From Escherichia phage VEc74, in the sequence record MT932213.1: a DNA stretch of 64,000 nucleotides, one strand, 5' to 3'. The translations under genes were made by a program, and so were the position numbers. The stretch's first letter is position 1, and each line of letters opens with the position of its first letter. The notes under the pieces are model-generated. The model was not told the DNA's origin, did not search any database, and saw only the letters and a list, made by a program, of their open reading frames with translations. Below are positions 1-8,241 of this stretch, piece by piece.

Positions 1-260
1 GAAATGAAATCAGTAAATTCAACATCAAAATCGCATGTCAATGAATAAATTGATTCAATACTGTTAATAAGTATTCCAGGACGTATTAAAGACTTTTTAC
101 CTCTGGAAAATCTTCCAGAAAGACTTTCATCAGTTTCATATGAAGAACCCCAATAATAATTACGTCCTTCTGCCATGCGTTTAAGAGCATTTAGCAATTG
201 GTCTGGAACATCAACCTGTCTTTGGAACTCTTCAAACATTGAATTGAAATCACTTTGCAT
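1..260 (-). CDS. hypothetical protein, 3'-truncated at window edge (N-terminus MQSDFNSMFEEFQRQVDVPDQLLNALKRMAEGRNYYWGSSYETDESLSGR)
   Basis: Manual minus-strand translation from ATG at 258-260 (alternative ATG 237-239) stays open to position 3; the 3' end lies beyond the window start. Confidence 0.35.
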   Translation of the reverse strand, partial: MQSDFNSMFEEFQRQVDVPDQLLNALKRMAEGRNYYWGSSYETDESLSGRFSRGKKSLIRPGILINSIESIYSLTCDFDVEFTDFI

Positions 261-287
261 TTTCATTCCTATTTACTCCAAGTAATA

Positions 288-301
288 GGGGCCGAAGCCC
301 C
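288..301 (-). terminator. GC hairpin GGGGCTTCGGCCCC (UUCG tetraloop) downstream of ORF 308..901
   Basis: Perfect inverted repeat read directly; no strong T-tract, so it may act as an RNA-stability hairpin rather than a terminator. Confidence 0.45.
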
Positions 302-307
302 TTATCA

Positions 308-901
308 TTATTTCAGAGAATTAATATATTCCTGAACATCGGCAGAGGTAGTTTCAACCCCAGAAATATTACCATTAAAGGTTTCAACTCGAGCAAGAGT
401 ATCTTCAATATCAACCTTAGTTAGCGCTGCGATTTCAACTACATCATCGGCAGTACTAATTCCAAGGGCATTTGCCGCACGAGTTTCACGGATATATTCC
501 AATTTAACTGCAAGTTCTTGGCGAGCATCATCTAACTCAACTACTTTCTTGGCGATTTCAATTCGCATTTCAGCATAACCATCAGCTTTAGTAGTCAACT
601 GTTCAGCTGTTCGACGATATAACAAGCCAAGTTTAGCATGCATTGTTACATCTTGACCTTCGGAAAGAAGCTTGCGAATTTCACGCTCTTTTGATTCGGC
701 TTGCTTATTCTTTTCGACAATAAGTTCACGAATACGCTTTTCTTCATTAATAGATTTAACGGAAGCAGTTTTTAGATCTTTAATCTTATCAAGTAGTTTT
801 GCTGCTGCAGCAGTATACTGTTCTTCAACAGATAGATTTTTAGCCATAGCAGAACCAAGTTTAGTGCGAATAAACTCAACAATTTTCTTCAGTGTGTTCA
901 T
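308..901 (-). CDS. hypothetical early protein, 197 aa
   Basis: Six-frame ORF; AAGGAAA ribosome-binding site and GTTTAC/TATAAT elements upstream (962-968, 941-950); no motif recognised. Confidence 0.65.
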
Positions 902-944
902 AGTATTTCCTTAGGTTGATTAAGATTTAAAATCCGTGAGAGTA

Positions 945-1121
945 TTATACTCCGGATAGTTTGTAAACTATTTCAACATCGCCTTTTGCTGCTTTATAAC
1001 CTTCAGCCCAAGATACAACCGAGTTTTTATCTGAAGATTCAAATTCTGGCATTGGGCTTTCGCCAATGTTCACGCAGTATGTTTCTTCATTTTCGTCGAA
1101 CCAAATAATTAAAGTAGTCAT
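945..1121 (-). CDS. small hypothetical protein, 58 aa (MTTLIIWFDENEETYCVNIGESPMPEF...)
   Basis: Manual translation; GGAGAAATAA ribosome-binding site immediately upstream of ATG at 1119-1121; below the ORF-track size cut-off. Confidence 0.4.
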   Translation of the reverse strand: MTTLIIWFDENEETYCVNIGESPMPEFESSDKNSVVSWAEGYKAAKGDVEIVYKLSGV

Positions 1122-1189
1122 TTATTTCTCCGTTTCTGTATTTGTTTTGATAAGTCTATAATAACACCGTCCTTGGTGTTTGTACACAA

Positions 1190-1453
1190 TTATTTCATAT
1201 TATTGAAATATTCTTCTGCGATTTCGTCGTTATCATGGTAAACTTTAGAAGACAGTTTAACATAACCTTCTGCCGTGAACATATTAATCACAACCTTTAC
1301 AGTATACCACTGACCATCTTCATTACCCATTACTGCATAGGTTTCAAACATCGGATGGTCAGGACCGATAACTTTAATATCATTCACTGTACGACCAAAA
1401 TCTTCTGAAACGCATTTCATAAAGAAGTTGAACAGTTCACCGTAATTATCCAT
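1190..1453 (-). CDS. hypothetical early protein, about 87 aa (start trimmed to MDNYGELF)
   Basis: ORF-track 1190..1516 begins at a TTG inside the promoter; ATG at 1451-1453 sits directly after the conserved leader tttattctcc and the early promoter at 1497-1526. Confidence 0.55.
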   Translation of the reverse strand: MDNYGELFNFFMKCVSEDFGRTVNDIKVIGPDHPMFETYAVMGNEDGQWYTVKVVINMFTAEGYVKLSSKVYHDNDEIAEEYFNNMK

Positions 1454-1496
1454 TTTATTCTCCAAGTTGTTTTCTGTATCAGTAGTTGATAGTTGT

Positions 1497-1526
1497 ATAG
1501 TACCATGGAAGGACAAGGATGTAAAC
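1497..1526 (-). promoter_or_regulatory. T4-type early promoter (GTTTAC, 18-nt spacer, TACTAT) with conserved leader
   Basis: Minus strand reads GTTTAC atccttgtccttccatgg TACTAT; same module repeated upstream of the Ip genes. Confidence 0.6.
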
Positions 1527-1659
1527 TGTTTTGTGAAAAAATTTTTAAAAGTTTTAGGGAATTCTAGGGGCAGGGAGGGGCAATTAAAAGATAGGATAAT
1601 ATATTATAAAGGATAGAAACTAAATGATGCCTAGAGATGTCTGGAAAGGCCTAGATACC

Positions 1660-1687
1660 AAAAAGCCCCAACCTTTCGGTCGGGGCT
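1660..1687 (-). terminator. rho-independent terminator closing the tRNA/small RNA transcription unit
   Basis: Minus strand reads AGCCCCGACCGAAAGGTTGGGGCT followed by TTTTT. Confidence 0.7.
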
Positions 1688-1738
1688 AAGCCTTGCGGCA
1701 ACCTTGTCGGGGTTCCACCTGCTAAGGCAAGTGTTTGT

Positions 1739-1830
1739 ACGAAACGCCGGGATTCGAACCCGGTTATTAAGTAGTTGACGCTACTCAATATTTTTAAAAG
1801 GCCATATCTCGACCATATCCGAACGTTCCG
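1739..1830 (-). ncRNA. tRNA-like element with non-canonical D and anticodon arms (possible degenerate tRNA or small stable RNA)
   Basis: Canonical T-arm CCGGG-TTCGAAT-CCCGG and a 7-bp acceptor pairing (CGGAACG/CGTTTCG with one G-U), but the internal 58 nt do not fold as standard D and anticodon arms. Confidence 0.3.
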
Positions 1831-2003
1831 TCAAAAACGCTACTCGGCTTACGGCAAAGATATTTCCTCGAATCGATAATTCGGTGCGCCGTTTCTGCTG
1901 TGATATAAGGGGACATTAACAAAACATAAAGATTTATTAATGCCAGTCCTTAAACAGGGAACATCAGTCCGACGACTTGCCGGTAGCGACCCGGCTTCTT
2001 GTC

Positions 2004-2079
2004 TGGTCGAGGCAGTAGGGATCGAACCTACGACCCAGGACTTAGAAGGTCCTTGCTCTTCCTTCTGAGCTATGCCTCG
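2004..2079 (-). tRNA. tRNA-Arg (anticodon TCT)
   Basis: Hand-folded cloverleaf: acceptor CGAGGCA/TGCCTCG, D-stem GCTC/GAGC, anticodon loop CTTCTAA, T-arm GTAGG-TTCGATC-CCTAC, CCA encoded. Confidence 0.85.
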
Positions 2080-2083
2080 TATT

Positions 2084-2158
2084 TGGCGGACGTGATAGGA
2101 TTCGAACCTATAACCAATCGCTTAACAGGCGATCGCTCTGCCATTGAGCTACACATCC
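2084..2158 (-). tRNA. tRNA-Asn (anticodon GTT)
   Basis: Hand-folded: acceptor GGATGTG/CACGTCC, D-stem GCTC/GAGC, anticodon loop CTGTTAA, T-arm ATAGG-TTCGAAT-CCTAT, CCA encoded. Confidence 0.8.
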
Positions 2159-2162
2159 AAAT

Positions 2163-2249
2163 TGGTGGGGAGTGGTGGAGTCGAACCACCCGAGTCGCAA
2201 TGACAATGGATTTACAGTCCACACCGCTACCTCTACGGGATAACTCCCC
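2163..2249 (-). tRNA. tRNA-Tyr candidate (anticodon GTA), type II with long variable arm
   Basis: Acceptor GGGGAGT/ACTCCCC, anticodon stem-loop GTGGA-CTGTAAA-TCCAT, T-arm GGTGG-TTCGACT-CCACC, CCA encoded; D-arm pairing is irregular in my manual fold. Confidence 0.55.
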
Positions 2250-2259
2250 CAAATTAATT

Positions 2260-2334
2260 TGGTGGCCCTGGGTGGAATTGAACCACCATCTGGCGATTAT
2301 GAGTCGCTTGCTTGAACCTTCCAGCTACAGGGCC
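2260..2334 (-). tRNA. tRNA with CAT anticodon (Met or Ile2; T4 counterpart is tRNA-Ile)
   Basis: Acceptor GGCCCTG/CAGGGCC, anticodon loop CTCATAA, T-arm GGTGG-TTCAATT-CCACC, CCA encoded; 1-nt spacer to tRNA-Thr. Confidence 0.8.
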
Positions 2335-2335
2335 T

Positions 2336-2411
2336 TGGTGCTGATTGACGGAATCGAACCGCCGACCTTCTCATTACAAGTGAGTTGCTCTACCTACTAA
2401 GCTAAATCAGC
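2336..2411 (-). tRNA. tRNA-Thr (anticodon TGT)
   Basis: Acceptor GCTGATT/AATCAGC, D-stem GCTT/GAGC, anticodon loop CTTGTAA, T-arm GGCGG-TTCGATT-CCGTC, CCA encoded. Confidence 0.85.
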
Positions 2412-2416
2412 AAAAC

Positions 2417-2506
2417 TGGCGGAGGCGATAGGATTTGAACCTATGAGTCGCCGGAGCGACTGCCGGTTTTCAAGACCGGTGCATTAAACCACTCTGCCAC
2501 GCCTCC
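2417..2506 (-). tRNA. tRNA-Ser (anticodon TGA), type II
   Basis: Acceptor GGAGGCG/CGCCTCC, 3-bp D-stem, anticodon stem-loop CCGGT-CTTGAAA-ACCGG, long variable arm, T-arm ATAGG-TTCAAAT-CCTAT, CCA encoded. Confidence 0.85.
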
Positions 2507-2508
2507 AG

Positions 2509-2582
2509 TCTCCGCGGCAGGATTTGAACCTGCGACATTCTGCTCCCAAAGCAGACGCTCTACCAAACTGAGCTACACGGAG
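2509..2582 (-). tRNA. tRNA-Pro (anticodon TGG)
   Basis: Acceptor CTCCGTG/CGCGGAG, D-stem GCTC/GAGC, anticodon stem-loop TCTGC-TTTGGGA-GCAGA, T-arm GCAGG-TTCAAAT-CCTGC; CCA not encoded; 2-nt spacer to tRNA-Ser (dimeric precursor arrangement as in T4). Confidence 0.85.
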
Positions 2583-2592
2583 TAAATTAAAT

Positions 2593-2666
<74 letters not shown>

Positions 2667-2671
2667 AAATT

Positions 2672-2758
2672 TGGTGCGAGAAGTGGGACTCGAACCCACA
2701 AGGAAATCATTCCGCAGCATTTTAAGTGCTGTGCCTTTACCAATTTGGCCATTCTCGC
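2672..2758 (-). tRNA. tRNA-Leu (anticodon TAA), type II
   Basis: Acceptor GCGAGAA/TTCTCGC, 3-bp D-stem, anticodon stem-loop CAGCA-CTTAAAA-TGCTG, long variable arm, T-arm GTGGG-TTCGAGT-CCCAC, CCA encoded. Confidence 0.85.
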
Positions 2759-2764
2759 GCTATA

Positions 2765-3373
2765 TTATTTATTACGTGAAAAAGACTGTTCTATCAATTC
2801 TGGACACTTTCGTTCTATCCATTTTCTAGCTTTTTGTGGGCTTATACCTATTATTTTAGCAGCTTTACTAACCCATCCAAATTTAGAATAATCGATTTTA
2901 ACTAATTCTTCGTAAATTTCATCAGTTAAAATCTTTTCATTAATATTTACCAGTAAATGATATAATTTATTATCATTAGCAATTTTAATGAATCTTTTAT
3001 AGTTTCCGCCTTTACTTAAGCCTAATGAAGTAATTGCAGATGATATAGTAGCCGAATTTAATAGTGCGTTTAAAATTTCTTCATCACTAACATTATAACG
3101 CTTTTTATTATTTTTAATATTTTTACCAGCAAAAGTATCAGTTTGCGAATGGCAGTTTGGACATAATAATCTTAAATTTGATTTAAGATGATTTTTGTTA
3201 TTTCCATCAATATGGTCTAATTGCAGAACAATATGCTTATTTTGCCATTTTGAAATTTTACAAATTGCACACTCATATGGAAAAATATTTTCTTTTATTA
3301 TTTTGTCTTTCAGCTTTCCTGTACTAAAATTTGGATGTTTTCCTTCAAAAATTTCAGCTAATTTAGTATCCAT
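2765..3373 (-). CDS. HNH-family homing endonuclease, about 202 aa
   Basis: Motif LQLDHIDGNNKNHLKSNLRLLCPNCH (His-Asn-His with CxxC) plus upstream CxxC (YECAICK); stop codon 7 nt from the 5' end of tRNA-Leu; start trimmed from the TTG of ORF 2765..3397 to ATG (MDTKL). Confidence 0.75.
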   Translation of the reverse strand: MDTKLAEIFEGKHPNFSTGKLKDKIIKENIFPYECAICKISKWQNKHIVLQLDHIDGNNKNHLKSNLRLLCPNCHSQTDTFAGKNIKNNKKRYNVSDEEILNALLNSATISSAITSLGLSKGGNYKRFIKIANDNKLYHLLVNINEKILTDEIYEELVKIDYSKFGWVSKAAKIIGISPQKARKWIERKCPELIEQSFSRNK

Positions 3374-3472
3374 AATATGATTCCCAATTATTAACAAAGG
3401 CTCTCAAATAAGAACCCTTGATGATAGAGGGTATTAATCAGTGCGGTATGAGTTAATAATAACAAATAATTC

Positions 3473-3997
3473 TTAAAGCAAATTAAACATTTTAACGGTC
3501 GGCAAAACAATTTCTTCTTCTATATAAGAGTATTTAACACTCTCAACTACACGCAAAAAATCATAATCATAATACTCAGAAGCATTACCTAAAATATTAG
3601 TAAGTCCTTCAAGCACTTTATTACCATTCACAAAGAATAAGTCAAATACACGTTCTTCGTCTTCTTCGGATTTATTACCAAGGTCAACTTCTATGTCAAA
3701 GACCTTTTTAATGAATTCTGGATAAAGTTGTTCTGAGAACAGTCCTTCAACCAAGTATTCATAAATAAAAAGCGATTGCTCGCTGAACAAGCCATTACCA
3801 CAATAACGTTCAGCTTTAGTACTAGAATGTCTGCTTTTAAACTTCTTTAAAAGATATTGGAACTGTAAGATTTCATGCTCTTCTACGCCAAACAGTGTTT
3901 TAGTTTTATAATTGTCACCATCATTTTCCCAGGTAGTGACATCAATTACGTAACCCTGCGGAATTGTAGTACCTAAACAAATATTCATTTTCACCAC
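3473..3997 (-). CDS. hypothetical protein, 174 aa
   Basis: Six-frame ORF, overlaps next ORF by 7 nt (operon-like); no motif recognised. Confidence 0.55.
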   Translation of the reverse strand: MVKMNICLGTTIPQGYVIDVTTWENDGDNYKTKTLFGVEEHEILQFQYLLKKFKSRHSSTKAERYCGNGLFSEQSLFIYEYLVEGLFSEQLYPEFIKKVFDIEVDLGNKSEEDEERVFDLFFVNGNKVLEGLTNILGNASEYYDYDFLRVVESVKYSYIEEEIVLPTVKMFNLL

Positions 3998-4281
3998 GCT
4001 GCATTAATATAAGTATATTTAATACATTCAAGACTTAAAGGATTCTTGAAAATATCATATTCAAGAGGACCTTTTTCTGTTTCAATAAAGAAATCAAAAT
4101 TTACTGTATTAAATTTACGGTCTTCCTTCACTAATTTAACCTGAGAAGATGAACGGTCAATGTAAACCTTTTCAACTTCAAAACATGTTAAAATGCCATA
4201 ATCATCAATCAAGGCTTTAGCTGCTTCTTGATCATATTTATATCCATTTTCAACGGATGATACTTTCGCATAAAGAATCAT
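3991..4281 (-). CDS. hypothetical protein, 96 aa
   Basis: Six-frame ORF, tightly packed with neighbours. Confidence 0.5.
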   Translation of the reverse strand: MILYAKVSSVENGYKYDQEAAKALIDDYGILTCFEVEKVYIDRSSSQVKLVKEDRKFNTVNFDFFIETEKGPLEYDIFKNPLSLECIKYTYINAAW

Positions 4282-4283
4282 TA

Positions 4284-4706
4284 TCAGCCTTCATCAACAA
4301 TAGTATGAGTATGGGCATTTACGATTTGCCACCAATCAAAGCGATTAGAACCATACATCGGTTTGTTTTCATTTTCTTTGATAATATCACGGAGTTCATC
4401 TTCGGTAGCGGCTTTCGCGATTAAATCAGCATATCCACCACGAGGATAATAATTATCACCTGCAAAAAGTAAAAAATTTGGTGTAATATTATTGAACTCT
4501 TCAAGAGTAATAACTGTTCCTGATGGTAGTTGAACAATCTCTACATAGTTATATCCTAATTTTTGAGCAGCATCTACTGCTTCAAGCAGAGTATCATGAG
4601 CCCGTCCTATTTGGCAATTTGGCTTTTTAGATGGATTAGCCTGATAATCCGCGTACACTTTATACATTCTATTCACCTTTAGAAATTTTATCCATAACGA
4701 TAGCAA
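4284..4706 (-). CDS. hypothetical protein, 140 aa (possibly 127 aa from MYKVYADYQ)
   Basis: Six-frame ORF; its 5' end overlaps ORF 4669..4854, so the internal ATG at 4665-4667 is a plausible true start. Confidence 0.55.
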   Translation of the reverse strand: MLSLWIKFLKVNRMYKVYADYQANPSKKPNCQIGRAHDTLLEAVDAAQKLGYNYVEIVQLPSGTVITLEEFNNITPNFLLFAGDNYYPRGGYADLIAKAATEDELRDIIKENENKPMYGSNRFDWWQIVNAHTHTIVDEG

Positions 4707-4854
4707 TTAAACCAATTAAAAATGCTACTACAAGTGAAAACACATTTTCTGCTGTAGTTAATAATCCGCATATAAATCCAACAAACATTGAAAAACTAAA
4801 AGCGGAAGCAGAAATTGCAATAGCAGCATTTCGAATTAATTCACAACGTTTCAT
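4669..4854 (-). CDS. small hydrophobic (membrane-like) protein, 61 aa
   Basis: Strongly hydrophobic sequence (AIAISASAFSFSMFVGFICGLL...LVVAFLIGLIAIV); preceded by the conserved leader and early promoter at 4883-4912. Confidence 0.5.
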   Translation of the reverse strand: MKRCELIRNAAIAISASAFSFSMFVGFICGLLTTAENVFSLVVAFLIGLIAIVMDKISKGE

Positions 4855-4882
4855 TTTATTCTCCTCAGTAGTTGATAGGGTA

Positions 4883-4912
4883 ATAGTATCACAACTAAAA
4901 CCCTATGTAAAC
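4883..4912 (-). promoter_or_regulatory. T4-type early promoter with stem-loop leader
   Basis: Minus strand reads GTTTAC, 18 nt, TACTAT, followed by leader ...ctatcaactactgaggagaataaaATG. Confidence 0.6.
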
Positions 4913-4915
4913 AAT

Positions 4916-5140
4916 TTATTCAACACCAGCGGCTTTCAAAAGTTTTTTAAGATTGGCAACACCTTGAGCAGAAAATGTGACCTTGCCACCTTTTTCACTG
5001 ATAGAACCAACCAATTTAGCAAGTTTATCATTAGGAATTTTTTTAAAATCAGACAATGTTCCATCAAAGGTTTTTGAAACAAAAGGCAGTTCGTCTTCGC
5101 GTCTTTTAGCTTCTACAATAAATTCTTTAGATGTTTTCAT
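4916..5140 (-). CDS. internal-protein-like (Ip) protein, 74 aa, N-terminal capsid-targeting sequence MKTSKEFIVE
   Basis: N-terminus matches the T4 internal-protein targeting consensus MKT(Y/F)(Q/K)EFI.E with Glu at a gp21 protease-type cleavage position; own early promoter. Confidence 0.7.
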   Translation of the reverse strand: MKTSKEFIVEAKRREDELPFVSKTFDGTLSDFKKIPNDKLAKLVGSISEKGGKVTFSAQGVANLKKLLKAAGVE

Positions 5141-5168
5141 TTTATTCTCCTCAGTAGTTGATAGGGTA

Positions 5169-5198
5169 ATAATATCACTACCCCATCTAAAAGTAAAC
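5169..5198 (-). promoter_or_regulatory. T4-type early promoter with stem-loop leader
   Basis: Minus strand reads GTTTAC, 18 nt, TATTAT; RBS GAGGAG before the ATG at 5140. Confidence 0.6.
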
Positions 5199-5208
5199 GG
5201 TTTATAAA

Positions 5209-5517
5209 CTATTTTATTCCGCGTGATGCAATTGTGTTCTGCCGTTTAACGCCAGTTTGTTTAAAGTCATGATTGTCGATTTGATCGGTACGAGCAACTC
5301 CGAATGATGATTTGATCTTAGCTTTAGATCCTTTAGTTATAGAAATAAACATCTCGGAAGCCCCTTTCTTAAAGTCCGAGGCGATTACTTCAACGCCGTT
5401 CTTAGCAAGTGACTTCAGAATTGCCTCCGCATACTCATCATCAAGACTCGCCTGAGTATTAATAACGAATGTCTTTGGCGCAGCCGCTTCATTGATAAAT
5501 TCTTTAAATGTTTTCAT
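5209..5517 (-). CDS. internal-protein-like (Ip) protein, 102 aa, N-terminus MKTFKEFINEAA
   Basis: Capsid-targeting-like N-terminus; divergent body; own early promoter. Confidence 0.7.
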   Translation of the reverse strand: MKTFKEFINEAAAPKTFVINTQASLDDEYAEAILKSLAKNGVEVIASDFKKGASEMFISITKGSKAKIKSSFGVARTDQIDNHDFKQTGVKRQNTIASRGIK

Positions 5518-5547
5518 TTTATTTTCCTAATTAATTTTGATGAGATA

Positions 5548-5577
5548 ATAGTATCACTACCCTATTTAAAAGTAAAC
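5548..5577 (-). promoter_or_regulatory. T4-type early promoter
   Basis: Minus strand reads GTTTAC, 18 nt, TACTAT; the -35 overlaps the stop codon of the upstream Ip-like gene. Confidence 0.6.
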
Positions 5578-5850
5578 TCATTTTAAATAAATTGCGTATT
5601 TTTTATAACCCGCTGACTCATGACGAAGACCCTTATCATTAGCAAAACGCTCAATGTTGTTAATTTGATTCTGATCAAGTTCAGAGATGTCAAACACGAA
5701 AAAGTTACGTTTGTTACCAACTGTTATATAGTCAGTTAAATCAATATCATATAGGTAATTGATGTCAGCAATCAAAGTCTTGACAGCTTTGCTAATTTTT
5801 ACTTTTTCGTTAAAAGCAGCTTCAGCAATAAATTCTTGATACGTTTTCAT
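5578..5850 (-). CDS. internal-protein-like (Ip) protein, 90 aa, N-terminus MKTYQEFIAEAAF
   Basis: ORF-track 5578..5910 extends into the promoter; true ATG at 5848-5850 follows the conserved leader; N-terminus matches the T4 IPI-type targeting sequence as I recall it. Confidence 0.7.
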   Translation of the reverse strand: MKTYQEFIAEAAFNEKVKISKAVKTLIADINYLYDIDLTDYITVGNKRNFFVFDISELDQNQINNIERFANDKGLRHESAGYKKYAIYLK

Positions 5851-5878
5851 TTTATTCTCCTCAGTAGTTGATAGGATA

Positions 5879-5908
5879 ATAGTATCACTACTAAAACCCC
5901 GTGTAAAC
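5879..5908 (-). promoter_or_regulatory. T4-type early promoter
   Basis: Minus strand reads GTTTAC, 18 nt, TACTAT. Confidence 0.6.
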
Positions 5909-5920
5909 AACTTTGTGAAA

Positions 5921-6178
5921 TTATTTTAAATCTTCTAATCGTTTCTTCATCTTAGAACCGTTCTTAGCGATTTCGCCTGCATCAGAGCATAATGCTAAAA
6001 GCGCTTTAACTTTAGTTTGGTCTCCTTTAAAAGATGAAGGATCAACAGCAGCAGCAAGTTCTTTAATACGAGAGAAAAGACGCTCAGCTTCAGCTAAAGC
6101 CATTCCAAGCTTTACTTCCATACCGTGGGAAGATTCAGTAATAGTAGTTTTTGTAGCAAACTCTTTGAAAGTTTTCAT
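5921..6178 (-). CDS. internal-protein-like (Ip) protein, 85 aa, N-terminus MKTFKEFATKTTITE
   Basis: Capsid-targeting-like N-terminus; own early promoter. Confidence 0.65.
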   Translation of the reverse strand: MKTFKEFATKTTITESSHGMEVKLGMALAEAERLFSRIKELAAAVDPSSFKGDQTKVKALLALCSDAGEIAKNGSKMKKRLEDLK

Positions 6179-6208
6179 TTTATTTTCCTAATTAATTTTG
6201 ATGAGGTA

Positions 6209-6238
6209 ATAGTATCACTACCTCATCAGCATGTAAAC
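6209..6238 (-). promoter_or_regulatory. T4-type early promoter with hairpin GATGAGGTA...TACCTCATC around the -10
   Basis: Minus strand reads GTTTAC, 18 nt, TACTAT; inverted repeat read directly. Confidence 0.6.
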
Positions 6239-6250
6239 AACTTTGTGAAA

Positions 6251-6935
<685 letters not shown>

Positions 6936-6936
<1 letters not shown>

Positions 6937-7661
6937 TATAGTACCTTTAGTGTATTTTTAATTTTAGAAAAAAGTTCTTCAAGAGAACCATCGTTTGTAA
7001 TTACTAAATCGCCATCACGAATTGGCAATCCAGCTTCTGTAATATGTGTATCATTGGATTTTTGACCAGGACGAACTACATGAATTACTGTAGCACCCAT
7101 CGCCCTAGCCGCATCCATTTCATGATCTTGACGGGTATCAGGAACGATATAATAATCATAACCTGAGTTAAATTTATCAAGATAATCTAAAGCAAATAAT
7201 TTTACCCAGTACATGCGGTCGAAGTTATTAACAATCAAATCCGTACCTAGGGCTTGCATCAGACGACGGACTGACCATTGATCTTCAATATTATTTATAA
7301 CGTCAATAATCTTGTTAAATGCTACGGAATTAACTGATTCTTGTCCTTCGTCATCAAAAACAAACACACCTTTAATTGGGCTTTTACCATTAAGATAGCA
7401 AAATGCTTGTTCCATAATGGTGATTACTTCTAATTTAGTCAGATTTAAATTAGTCTCACGATCATAGTCAATTCCTTCAAACTCTTTACGAGTTAAGCAA
7501 GGATAGTCAGTGTTTGCTGCAAATACTCCCCATGCATAAGCCAATGCATCCTTAATAGGACCAGCAAGTTGGTATTTAATTGCAGAATAATTGCTCATGA
7601 TAAAATCAGCAGTAGTATCTTTTCCACTACGCTTTACACCGCTTAAAAAGATTAGTTTCAT
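6936..7661 (-). CDS. 1: deoxynucleoside monophosphate kinase (gp1), 241 aa
   Basis: N-terminus MKLIFLSGVKRSGKDTTADF with P-loop GVKRSGKDT; start trimmed from ORF 6936..7700. Confidence 0.9.
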
Positions 7662-7710
7662 GTGTTTCTCCTCAAATTTAATTAAGATTATAACACACAA
7701 AACTGAAGCA

Positions 7711-8241
7711 TTAAACTTCTGCTATAATTTTTCCATCTTTTTCTACTTGAAAATAGGTGTAAGGAATCGTTGCTGTACATACTAAAGCCGGGTCTGAATC
7801 TTCTGTGTAGCTAAATTCTACTTCAGACAGGTCAGAAACCCAAGGCTTATAAAAATTTATTGACATCACGATTTCAGTTTTGCTATTATCTAAAATGTAA
7901 AGCGTAATGTATTCAGGACCTGTTTTTTGGGCAGTATTTTCACCTGTAAGATAGTTGCTAGTTCCTAGCATCCATTCATACATTCCTATCCATGACTTAA
8001 GTTCTTCATCAACTATAAATCTCACGATGAGTGGATCGTACTCAAATGTAGCACCTGGACGTTGTGCTCGACCAAGTCCAAACGGCCCAGTCACGGTATC
8101 AGTAACAGGTATTCTAATTCCTGGAATAGGAACTGACTGAGCATTTAAAGTAAAAGCAGATGTAGTATTACTATGTGGTATTGATACTACAAAGTTAGTT
8201 GTATTTGCTTGGTTAAAAATTTGTTGCAGAGCTTGCGACAT
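7711..8241 (-). CDS. 3: tail completion / sheath stabiliser gp3, 176 aa
   Basis: Size and gene order (1-3-2-4) as in T4; start set at MSQALQQ (ATG 8239-8241). Confidence 0.8.
   Translation of the reverse strand: MSQALQQIFNQANTTNFVVSIPHSNTTSAFTLNAQSVPIPGIRIPVTDTVTGPFGLGRAQRPGATFEYDPLIVRFIVDEELKSWIGMYEWMLGTSNYLTGENTAQKTGPEYITLYILDNSKTEIVMSINFYKPWVSDLSEVEFSYTEDSDPALVCTATIPYTYFQVEKDGKIIAEV

Noticed and set aside
902-968. Early promoter upstream of ORF 308..901
   Set aside because: GTTTAC and TATAAT are present but only 13 nt apart on my reading, so the exact promoter hexamers are uncertain; noted in the CDS evidence rather than annotated as a feature
5851-5910. N-terminal extensions of ORF 5578..5910, 1190..1516, 6936..7700, 7711..8322, 33534..35120 and 21598..22275
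   Set aside because: The upstream parts run through promoter or leader sequence or precede the recognised N-terminus; starts were moved to the ATG that follows the ribosome-binding site
4855-6250. Regularly spaced repeats that could suggest a CRISPR array
   Set aside because: The repeats are about 60-nt promoter-leader modules separated by 230-330-bp protein-coding genes, not 25-40-nt repeats with short spacers; no cas genes are present
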